From the NCBI GenBank assembly GCA_965216875.1, contig OZ244207.1:6624001-6688000 (forward strand): a DNA stretch of 64,000 bases. The letters run 5' to 3'. How positions within the stretch are numbered: position 1 is the stretch's first letter; each line of letters opens with the position of its first letter. The translations under genes were made by a program, and so were the position numbers. The DNA is from Rubripirellula sp. Lineage in GTDB: Bacteria > Planctomycetota > Planctomycetia > Pirellulales > Pirellulaceae. Below the pieces are notes generated by a model, which was not told the origin of the DNA, searched no databases, and worked only from the letters and a program-made list of their open reading frames with translations. Positions 55,977 through 64,000 of this stretch are shown here, in pieces.

Positions 55977-57938
55977 CTACTTGTCAGTTTCTTGCTCGAC
56001 TGGCACCGAGAGCGGCCCGTCGATTTGGTCGCGCCGCATTTTGCCTGGTTGGGACATCAACTGCTTGAGTGAGTCGAGGTGATTTTCATAGACACCCCGC
56101 GGCGTTGTGTCGTGGTGAACGCAAAGCCATGCTGCTTTGCCGACGACCTCGCCCATCATGCCGCAAGTGCGCATCACGCGAACTGGACCCAAACCTTCGT
56201 GGGTCACACTGATGTCGCGTCCTGCCATGAACAGGTTGGATCGGTTGCGACTGTAAAGGCATCGATAGGGTGCCCAATAAGGTCCTTCGTAGTCATACCC
56301 TTCGCCGGTCGTCGCATAGGAAATGAACTCTTCGCCCTCATGGCCATCATCGAATTCGCTGTGCGGTGAATGGACATCGATGCCCCACGTGCAGGGGAAA
56401 CAGCCGTCTTTGAACTCTTTTCCATCACGCAAATCGTCGGCCGAGAGAATCACATCACCAAGCAAGCGTCGTGATTCGCGTTTGCCCGCGATGAATGCTG
56501 CCCATGCAATTCGATGGTTGGGGAACTTGCCATCCACGTTCTTCAGCGCGTCCCACGCTCCAAACATGGCTCGCAAGTTCAAGTCGCGAATCCGTTCGAC
56601 ATCGTTGATCGGATCGCGATCGAATCCGCTTTCCCAGTACCAACCGCCCAGGTTCTCAAGCGGGTTGTCGCTACCCCATTGGCCTCGCAGTTTCCCTCGC
56701 CCAGGAAACGGTTTGTCGGTCAAATCAATCGCCCAACTGCATCGTGGAAACTCCATGATGGTGTTGCCCGCCTTGGTTGCCACACCGAGAGCGGTCTTGT
56801 CTTTGCATTCACACTTGAGGACTTCTTGCGGGTCGGACGCATCCATCAAGTTCCAAAGGTTGCTCATCCCCTGGTGGTTCTTTTGAGTGACGTCATAGTC
56901 GGCGCCCGAAAGGAATCCAACCGTGCCATCGCCAGTGCAGTCCGCAAACAGCTTGGCTCGGAACTTTGTGTGGCGCGAAGTGCGAATGTGGTGTGCCGTG
57001 ACCGAAACGACACGATCTCCCTCGGTGTCAGCAGCGAAGACGCGCTGTTCGGTAAACAGAGTGATTCGCGGTTCGGCTTTAATCAGTCGCATTTTGATCG
57101 AATCGCCATAGTGTTCGGCCCGACGCGCGTTGGCGCTGTTCTTGCCGACCGGCTTGGGGATCATCATCTCTTCAACAATGTCGCCAATGTGCGTGTAAGG
57201 TTTCTGACGCGTGTGACCCTCCGGCCAGACACGGACTTCACTGCTGCCATTGCCTCCGAGAACGGGGCGGTCTTGAACGAGTGCGACGCTCAACCCGTTT
57301 CGTGCCGCCGACAACGCGGTGCTGCAACCAGCGATGCCACCACCGACGACGACCAAGTCATAGGAGCCGCCATCGTCCACGACGCCGACAAGGCCCAATT
57401 GTTTGCGCCGAAACTGAGTGAGCGTTTCGAGATCATTGGGAGGGACGAAACTTGGGTCGTTTGAAAAGACAATGGCGTCGCAGCGCCCATTGAATCCAGT
57501 CAAGTCATGAAGCGACACGGTGTTGGAAGTCGTGAGCGTGATTTCGCCGCCCGATTGCCAATGCCAAGGTTCACCCTCAGTTCCGAAAGTTGTCTTGATC
57601 GGCTTGTCGTTGATGAGCAACTGGAATTTTCCCGGTGCACCTTTGACACCCCACGGTGCAACCCAATCTCGCGTTCGAACCCAAACGTTGTAGCGTCCAG
57701 GTTCGGTAACCTTTAGCGTTGTCGTTGCGTCATCAACGGCAACCCCCAAGCCATGTGCGAGCAAGTAGCAGGATCCGACTTGTTCGAGCGATTGTTGATC
57801 AACATCCCAACCGCCCAATTCCTCGAACTGTTCCGCTTCAAGGAAGTAGGTGCCATCGCCAGCGATCAATGAAGGGGAAACAGCCGGTCCAAATGCCAAG
57901 CCAAGTAGCAAACAGCACAAAAGGGTGGGTCGATACAT
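55977..57938 (-). CDS. Secreted FAD-dependent oxidoreductase
   Basis: VVGGGIAG, DRPVLGGNGSSE, DCTGDG, KRESRRL, NLFMAGR, RVMRTCGMMG; ATG 57938 gives a signal peptide followed by an LEAE..GGW domain. Confidence 0.88.
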   Translation of the reverse strand: MYRPTLLCCLLLGLAFGPAVSPSLIAGDGTYFLEAEQFEELGGWDVDQQSLEQVGSCYLLAHGLGVAVDDATTTLKVTEPGRYNVWVRTRDWVAPWGVKGAPGKFQLLINDKPIKTTFGTEGEPWHWQSGGEITLTTSNTVSLHDLTGFNGRCDAIVFSNDPSFVPPNDLETLTQFRRKQLGLVGVVDDGGSYDLVVVGGGIAGCSTALSAARNGLSVALVQDRPVLGGNGSSEVRVWPEGHTRQKPYTHIGDIVEEMMIPKPVGKNSANARRAEHYGDSIKMRLIKAEPRITLFTEQRVFAADTEGDRVVSVTAHHIRTSRHTKFRAKLFADCTGDGTVGFLSGADYDVTQKNHQGMSNLWNLMDASDPQEVLKCECKDKTALGVATKAGNTIMEFPRCSWAIDLTDKPFPGRGKLRGQWGSDNPLENLGGWYWESGFDRDPINDVERIRDLNLRAMFGAWDALKNVDGKFPNHRIAWAAFIAGKRESRRLLGDVILSADDLRDGKEFKDGCFPCTWGIDVHSPHSEFDDGHEGEEFISYATTGEGYDYEGPYWAPYRCLYSRNRSNLFMAGRDISVTHEGLGPVRVMRTCGMMGEVVGKAAWLCVHHDTTPRGVYENHLDSLKQLMSQPGKMRRDQIDGPLSVPVEQETDK

Positions 57939-58153
57939 CAAAGTCGTTGGGGATTGGGGAGTCGAGGGAACGTGACCAAACAAACAACAGCCACGAATCT
58001 AATCCATTTCGCCAAATCTGGAAGTCATTCGTATCTGAATGTAGGCACCGTTGCCTGCAATGTCGTCGAACGGTCACACCCGTTTACGACTAGAATTGAC
58101 GGCTTCGAAACGCTCCTCAGGCAGGCCGGGGCAACGACAAAGAGTGCCAAAAA

Positions 58154-59401
58154 ATGAATCAGAAGTCAGACTTGAACCGCCGCCGACTTCTTCAGGGAAC
58201 GGGCATCGCGCTTTCACTGCCTCTCTTGGAAAGTCTGAGCTGCGGTGCTGCCTTCGACGGCGAGTCTCCGCGCCGCCTCGTTTGTGTTGGCAATCATCTT
58301 GGCTTTTACCCCGGCAACTTCTTTCCCAAAACTGCTGGCAAGCAGTTTGAGCCGACGTCCACTTTGAAGCCACTTGAGATGCACCGCGATGACTTGACGG
58401 TTTTTTCAAATCTCGATCACGGTCTCAACGGCGGGCACAAAGGCGTTCAAGGATTTCTCAATGGAATCAAGAAGGAAGAGGCCAGCGGGTTTCCTGAGAA
58501 GAACATCTCGCTTGACCAAGCTGCTGCCGAACATGTTGGCAGTGCCACTCGCTTCCCCTCGATCAACACTGGCATCTTGCGCGGAACCGACATGTGTTGG
58601 ACACGAGCTGGCGTTCATGTGCCTCCGATCAACAATCCGGCAAAACTCTTCCAGGCCCTGTTCGTCAACTCGCCAGCAAACGAACGTCAATCGCAGCGTA
58701 CCCGACTTGCGCACCGCGGCAGCATGCTCGACGCGCTTCGCGATTCGGCCAACGCAATGAATCGAACACTCGGTTCAGCCGATCGCGACAAACTCGAGCA
58801 ATACTTGACGTCTGTCCGGGATGTTGAGCGACGACTGCAGATGTCAAAAGAATGGCTTGATCGCCCAAAGCCGAAGCCACAGATCGAAGACGTCTTGGAT
58901 GAAGAACGCAAACATATCGATGAGGTCGGCTTGTTCTATGACTTGATGGCACTCGCGTTGCAGACGGATTCAACGCGCGTGGCGACACTTGAAACGGGGA
59001 TGGGTTTCCGAACGGCCGAGCTCGATTTGGGTAGTTATCACCAGTTGTCTCACCATGGCAAAGCAGCAGATCGTATCGGCCAGCTGCAAGTGATCGAGGC
59101 GTTTCTAACGAGCAAGCTCAGTCACTTCCTCGCGCAATTGAAAGAAGCGCAGATCTTTGACAACACGTTGGTCGTATTTGGCAGCGGGATGAGCGACGGA
59201 TCGAGTCACAGCAACCGAAACCTACCGGTGTTGCTGGCCGGAGGCGGCATCAAGCACCAAGGTCATCTCGTTTGTCCCGACGAGCAACATGAACGAGTGC
59301 CCCTTTCCAATCTATGGTTGTCTGTTCTGCATTGGTTTGGTGCCGAGCGAGATCGGTTTGGCAGAAGCTCGGGAACGTTCTCTCCAATGAAGATTGGATA
59401 G
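58154..59401 (+). CDS. DUF1552 family protein (Tat-like signal), pair 3
   Basis: LNRRRLLQGTGIALSLPLLES, RRLVCVGNHLG, GGH, ISLDQ, TRFPS, ALQTDSTR, YHQLSHHG, SGMSDGSSHSNRNLPVLLAGG. Confidence 0.9.
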   Translation: MNQKSDLNRRRLLQGTGIALSLPLLESLSCGAAFDGESPRRLVCVGNHLGFYPGNFFPKTAGKQFEPTSTLKPLEMHRDDLTVFSNLDHGLNGGHKGVQGFLNGIKKEEASGFPEKNISLDQAAAEHVGSATRFPSINTGILRGTDMCWTRAGVHVPPINNPAKLFQALFVNSPANERQSQRTRLAHRGSMLDALRDSANAMNRTLGSADRDKLEQYLTSVRDVERRLQMSKEWLDRPKPKPQIEDVLDEERKHIDEVGLFYDLMALALQTDSTRVATLETGMGFRTAELDLGSYHQLSHHGKAADRIGQLQVIEAFLTSKLSHFLAQLKEAQIFDNTLVVFGSGMSDGSSHSNRNLPVLLAGGGIKHQGHLVCPDEQHERVPLSNLWLSVLHWFGAERDRFGRSSGTFSPMKIG

Positions 59402-59420
59402 GGGATGAGTATGAAGGCTA

Positions 59421-62105
59421 GTGCTGCGGATTGGAGTTATGGTGCCAAGAGGTAAAGTGCTTGCCCAGATTGACGCGCGCTCCAACAATCACCCTCCCGC
59501 TTGCGGGAGGGTCGGACGCAAAGTCCGGGGAGGGAATGAACCATACAAACCCTCTCCGGGCTTTAGAGCCCGACTCTCCCAAGGGAGAGCGCTAACGTGC
59601 GCAATTTCGAAGTCTGGTGGAAGCGCAATTGCAATCTGTAGCACTCGTCTTTGGTGTGGGGTATTGCTGCTGATGGGAATGCCCAATTCGGCCTTCGCCG
59701 AAGCGCTTTCGACGTCGACGTTTTTGAAAAAACACTGCATCCGATGTCACGGCGGCAATGAACAAAAAGCTGATCGTCGGTTTGACACACTGCCGCCACA
59801 GATTCATGAGCTTGACGATCTTGAACGCTACCAGGAAATCGTCGACCAGCTGAACCTCGGAAGTATGCCACCGGAAGGCGAGCCGCAGCCAACGCAGAAG
59901 GAACGTGCAAAGGCAATCGCACAGCTGACTGGAGCAATTGCATCGGCTCACGGGCGAATCAAGACTTCGAATCGGCATAGTGTTTTGCGACGGCTCAACG
60001 CATGGGAATACCGACAAACCATTGGCGATCTGCTGTCGGTCAACGTCGATATTTGGAATCCCGCCGAGGATTTTCCTGAAGAGGCGTTCATCAATGGATT
60101 GGACAACAACGGAGAGGCTTTGGTTACATCCGGAAGGTTGATGGATCACTACTTGGACGCTGCCGAAGAGGCGATTCGTCGTGCAACACAATTCGGTGAC
60201 CAACCGCCCTCTCGAAGTCACGCCCAGTCGTCGCCTTTCTACTTCGCAGGCAAGAGCGCCGAAGGCTTGCCCAAGCTTTTTCACACGGGACGCTTTCGTT
60301 GGGTGCCAACGACGCCGTATACCGACCTTTACGGCCGCCACTATCGGGGCGGCCACCTCGGATTCTTGCCATTGCTACGTCAGGGTGGAGTTGCCCATCG
60401 TGGCGTCTATACCATCCGCGTGCGCGCTGCAGCGGTCGGCCGGGAGCATGACTATGGCAAAGCTCTCGGTGACTTTCGAAACGGCGATCCTCTGGTCATG
60501 GAAATCGCCGCAGTTGATCGACGAGGCAGCGTCGAGAGTACTGGAAACGTTTCGAAGATGACGTCGCTCGCACGCGTCGAACTTACCAATGCCGAGCCGC
60601 AATGGTTTCAATGGAATGTCTATATGGAAGCGGGCTACGAGCCCGAAGTTCGGTTCAGAAATGGACCGCTGGCGGCAAAACGATTGGTCCGATTGCTTAG
60701 GACTCAAGCAGCTGACAAACCTGAGTTCCAGCCTTTTGTCGACATGGATGATGACAAGCTTGGGAGGTCACACGGAATACTGAAAGCTTACCGTGGACCT
60801 CGGCTGAGGGTTTGGGAGATACAAATCGAAGGTCCACACGTTGATACTTGGCCGACCGCCGGGCATCGCGCACTGTATGGCGACCTGACGCCCGACCAGT
60901 TCAACGCCGCGACGATTGCCGAGCGTCTCGAAGCGTTTGCCGAGAAGGCTTTTCGACGCCCGCCCGTCCCTGGAGAATTGGAACCAATCCAACGCTTCGT
61001 AGCGAGCAAACTCGAGGAAGGCGTGGATCCCTTGCATGCCCTTCAACTTGGTTGCCAGGCAGTGCTCTGTTCTCCCGGGTTCCTCTATCTGAATCTCGGC
61101 GAAGGCGAACTGGACGAGGTCGCACTGGCTTCGCGGTTGTCCTATTTCCTTTGGTCATCGCCTCCCGATCAGACGCTGCTTGATTTGGCAACTGCTAAGG
61201 AGCTGCGGCCCAATCTGTCAGAACAAGTCAAACGCATGTTGGCGGATCCAAGGTCGGATCGTTTCGTAACGCATTTCGTGCGGCGTTGGTTGGACTTGGA
61301 CAACATTGGCGTGATGCCGCCGTCTGAAGATTTCCTCGAGTACTATCGCGACAACCTTGGTGCATGGATGCGCGAAGAAACGGAAACGTTCTTCCGTCAC
61401 GTGCTTGACGGCAATCTCCCGTTGCGAGAGTTCTTGGATGCTGACTATTCGTTCCTGAATCGCGAACTCGCTTTGCACTACGGAATCGAAGGTGTCCAGG
61501 GGAGTCGTCTACAACGTGTTTCATTGAGCGAGAAGCGGCGCGGAGGTTTGCTCGGTCAGGGAGCGTTCCTTACTGCCTCGGCCAACGGGGTCGATACTTC
61601 GCCTGTCGTTCGCGGCATTTACGTTCTGGAAAAACTACTCGGTTACACGCCGCCACCACCTCCTCCAGACGTTCCAGCGATCGAGCCGGACATACGTGGC
61701 GCCGCCTCCATTCGCGAGCAACTCGAAAAACACCGCGCGGTCGCAACGTGCGCCGAGTGCCATCGAAAGATTGATCCGCTCGGTTTCGCCTTGGAGAATT
61801 TTGACGCAATCGGGGGTTGGAGAGACGAGTACGGCAAGCACTCCCCGATTGATTCGTCTGGCAAGCTACCAAGTGGAGAAACGTTCGAAGCCCTGCCCCA
61901 GTTTCGAAGGCTGATGAGCACTCGGACGGATCCGTTCAACCGGTGCTTGACGGAAAAGTTGATGACGTACGCCCTGGGGCGTGAACTTGAAATCGGGGAC
62001 CGCCCGAGCGTCGATAAGATTCTGGCGGAACTCGATGCGAAACGGGGTGGGCTGCGTGACCTCATTGCTCTGGTTGTCTTGAGTGAGCCTTTTCAAAACA
62101 ACTGA
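59421..62105 (+). CDS. DUF1592/DUF1588-type diheme cytochrome-c-like protein, pair 3 (start uncertain; REP pair in the 5' region)
   Basis: CIRCH...SMPP; RRLNAWEY; LASRLSYFLWSSPPD; RGGLLGQ; TSPVVRG; CAECHRKIDPLG; LMTYALGR. Confidence 0.88.
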   Translation: MLRIGVMVPRGKVLAQIDARSNNHPPACGRVGRKVRGGNEPYKPSPGFRARLSQGRALTCAISKSGGSAIAICSTRLWCGVLLLMGMPNSAFAEALSTSTFLKKHCIRCHGGNEQKADRRFDTLPPQIHELDDLERYQEIVDQLNLGSMPPEGEPQPTQKERAKAIAQLTGAIASAHGRIKTSNRHSVLRRLNAWEYRQTIGDLLSVNVDIWNPAEDFPEEAFINGLDNNGEALVTSGRLMDHYLDAAEEAIRRATQFGDQPPSRSHAQSSPFYFAGKSAEGLPKLFHTGRFRWVPTTPYTDLYGRHYRGGHLGFLPLLRQGGVAHRGVYTIRVRAAAVGREHDYGKALGDFRNGDPLVMEIAAVDRRGSVESTGNVSKMTSLARVELTNAEPQWFQWNVYMEAGYEPEVRFRNGPLAAKRLVRLLRTQAADKPEFQPFVDMDDDKLGRSHGILKAYRGPRLRVWEIQIEGPHVDTWPTAGHRALYGDLTPDQFNAATIAERLEAFAEKAFRRPPVPGELEPIQRFVASKLEEGVDPLHALQLGCQAVLCSPGFLYLNLGEGELDEVALASRLSYFLWSSPPDQTLLDLATAKELRPNLSEQVKRMLADPRSDRFVTHFVRRWLDLDNIGVMPPSEDFLEYYRDNLGAWMREETETFFRHVLDGNLPLREFLDADYSFLNRELALHYGIEGVQGSRLQRVSLSEKRRGGLLGQGAFLTASANGVDTSPVVRGIYVLEKLLGYTPPPPPPDVPAIEPDIRGAASIREQLEKHRAVATCAECHRKIDPLGFALENFDAIGGWRDEYGKHSPIDSSGKLPSGETFEALPQFRRLMSTRTDPFNRCLTEKLMTYALGRELEIGDRPSVDKILAELDAKRGGLRDLIALVVLSEPFQNN
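59490..59591. repeat. Inverted pair of CCCTCCC/GGGAGGG REP-like palindromes
   Basis: ACCCTCCCGC-tt-GCGGGAGGGT (59491-59512), CGGAC-gcaaa-GTCCG, GGGAGGG; then the inverted unit CCCTCTCCGGGCT...AGCCCGACTCTCCC-aa-GGGAGAG (59550-59591). Confidence 0.8.
59614..59642 (+). repeat. 29-bp dispersed repeat, copy B
   Basis: CTGGTGGAAGCGCAATTGCAATCTGTAGC; one mismatch to the reverse complement of 50604-50632. Confidence 0.8.
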
Positions 62106-62160
62106 GCATGCCACGGACCACCAAGCAACCATCGGGTTTGGCAGATAGTGAAGTGCGACG

Positions 62161-63711
62161 ATGCATGTCATTCAATCGATCAAGTTGAAACGTGGTCTCG
62201 CCGCCCTCGGTCTGTTCGTCATCATGGTGCTGGCTGGCAACGGTGCCAAAGCATCCGACAAGCGTCCCAACGTGCTGTTTCTTGCCGTTGATGACATGCG
62301 CGATTGGGTGAACTGTCTCGGAGGCTATGAGGGAACGGTTCACACGCCAAATATCGACCGACTAGCGCGGCGTGGTGTGTTGTTCACCAACGCGCATTGT
62401 GCTTCGACGGTTTGCTGTCCGAGTCGAACGGCGATCATGCTCGGGAAGATGCCATCGACAACGGGGGTCTACAACAATGGCCAGTGGTGGCGTCCTCATT
62501 TGCCCGAGGTGATGACGTTGCCTGATCACTTTGGGCAGTGCGGTTACCGTGTCGCCGGAGCCGGAAAGCTCTTTCACCACACTGCTGGCAACAACCCGCC
62601 GTATCAATGGGACTCGTTCAGTTGTCTCTTGTTTCGTGACGACCCTTGGTATCGCGGCAACAAACTGAACTATCCCTGGTCGCAAACGGGGCCCGCACCG
62701 AAAGGTTTTCCGTTTTGCGGTTTCCCTGGTCTTCCACATGAGAGCGACTGGGGTGTGTTGCCAAACAAGGTCGAAGCGACCTACGACGATGCGGTTACGG
62801 TTGACTATGCGTGTCAGTTTCTCAAGCAGCCTCAAAGAAAACCATTCTTCTTGGCGTGTGGATTGTTTAGGCCGCATTTGCCTTGGTATGCGCCTGCAGA
62901 ATATTTTGACCTCTACCCACTTGAGGAGATTCAGCTTCCACTCATTCACGCAAGTGATCTTGATGACATCCCGGACGAAGGTCGAAAGCTCTCCAAGGCC
63001 CGACGAAAGGACTTCGACACAATCAAATCAAACGGAAAATGGAAGCAGGCCGTGCAGGCTTACCTGGCGAGTATCTCATTTGCCGACGCACAACTTGGCC
63101 GTGTCCTGGATGCTTTGGACCAGAGTTCGTATGCGAATGATACGATCGTCATGTTGTGGTCTGATCATGGTTGGCATTTGGGCGAAAAGGACCATTGGCA
63201 CAAGTCGACGCTTTGGGAAGAAGCGACGCGGGTACCGCTGGTGGTTTACGCGCCGGGCTACCAGGGCAATGGGCGTCGATGTGCACAGCCCGTAAGTCTA
63301 GTCGATCTCTATCCGACGCTCGTTGAACTCTGCCGATTGACACCCAATGATGGGCTGGACGGACAAAGCCTTGTGCCGCAGCTTCGTAATCCAGAGGCAA
63401 AACGTAAGCGACCGGCAGTGATTCAATACAAACGTGGACAATGTGCTGTGCGGACCGAACGCTATCGGTACATTCGCTATGATGATGGATCGGAAGAGTT
63501 TTACGATCATTCAATCGACCCCAACGAGTGGAACAATCTGGCTGATAGCACTGAGGTCGATTCTGTGAAGGCCAAACAAGACATTGCAGAGTGGGTCGCC
63601 GAGGATTGGGCACCGCCGGCACCATCGAAGAATGCATACCGATTTGATCCTGACATATATACTTGGACGCGCAAGGCGACAGGTGAAACGGTAGAAGGCA
63701 ACGGAGACTGA
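62161..63711 (+). CDS. Formylglycine-dependent sulfatase, iduronate-2-sulfatase-like, secreted
   Basis: Signal peptide; RPNVLFLAVDD, CCPSR, GKLFH, RPHLPW, WSDHGWHLGEK, LVDLYPTL. Confidence 0.92.
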   Translation: MHVIQSIKLKRGLAALGLFVIMVLAGNGAKASDKRPNVLFLAVDDMRDWVNCLGGYEGTVHTPNIDRLARRGVLFTNAHCASTVCCPSRTAIMLGKMPSTTGVYNNGQWWRPHLPEVMTLPDHFGQCGYRVAGAGKLFHHTAGNNPPYQWDSFSCLLFRDDPWYRGNKLNYPWSQTGPAPKGFPFCGFPGLPHESDWGVLPNKVEATYDDAVTVDYACQFLKQPQRKPFFLACGLFRPHLPWYAPAEYFDLYPLEEIQLPLIHASDLDDIPDEGRKLSKARRKDFDTIKSNGKWKQAVQAYLASISFADAQLGRVLDALDQSSYANDTIVMLWSDHGWHLGEKDHWHKSTLWEEATRVPLVVYAPGYQGNGRRCAQPVSLVDLYPTLVELCRLTPNDGLDGQSLVPQLRNPEAKRKRPAVIQYKRGQCAVRTERYRYIRYDDGSEEFYDHSIDPNEWNNLADSTEVDSVKAKQDIAEWVAEDWAPPAPSKNAYRFDPDIYTWTRKATGETVEGNGD

Positions 63712-64000
63712 TGATCGTGCGATTGATCCAATGGGCGTTGTATGCATGTTGCCTACAAGCGAGTCTGTTTGCGGCGGCGCAACCGAACATCTTGCTTATC
63801 GTTTCCGAAGACAATGGGCCAGAGCTTGGTTGTTACGGCGATCCCTTTGTTCGCACGCCCGCGCTTGATCGACTTGCATCCGAAGGCACGTTGTTTCAAA
63901 ACGCCTACGTGCCACAGGCCGGTTGCAGTCAATCGCGCGCAGCCTTTCTCACAGGACTTTACCCGCACCAAAACGGCCAGATCGGATTGGCCACTTGGAA
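63711..64000 (+). CDS. Sulfatase, N-sulfoglucosamine-sulfohydrolase-like (partial, runs off window end)
   Basis: Not in the ORF track; TGATG overlap at 63711 gives MIVRLIQWALYACCLQASLFAAAQPNILLIVSEDNG...TPALDRLA...CSQSRAAFLTGLYPHQNGQIGL. Confidence 0.85.
   Translation, partial: MIVRLIQWALYACCLQASLFAAAQPNILLIVSEDNGPELGCYGDPFVRTPALDRLASEGTLFQNAYVPQAGCSQSRAAFLTGLYPHQNGQIGLATW

Overview
High-GC bacterial window, very probably from a planctomycete (Pirellulaceae-like). The inference rests on the LExRxLLA export motif, DUF1552/DUF1592 pairs, an ECF sigma-Ser/Thr kinase pair, several sulfatases and REP-type palindromes. About 40% of the window is one 8518-aa extracellular mosaic protein: RTX Ca-binding repeats, tandem degenerate and intact metzincin-like motifs, a Gly-rich tract, a beta-propeller with an inserted P-domain, PKD repeats and cadherin-like repeats. 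It is transcribed divergently from an ECF sigma factor coupled to a membrane TPR Ser/Thr kinase. The rest holds an arylsulfatase, GNAT, DinB, three DUF1552/diheme DUF1592-type pairs, two STAS-like proteins, a K+ channel, a TfoX-N protein, an atypical secreted haloalkane-dehalogenase-fold hydrolase, a PadR gene with a HAAS/Zn-ribbon/TM/transglutaminase-like partner, GH62, an SGNH esterase, an EEP hydrolase, an FAD oxidoreductase and two more sulfatases. I saw no rRNA, tRNA, CRISPR array, transposase or integrase. Best candidates for undescribed systems are the PadR-HAAS-transglutaminase module, the repeated DUF1552/DUF1592 modules among glycan-degrading enzymes, and the kinase-ECF-giant protein locus. 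All family calls come from motif recognition by eye; no searches were run.
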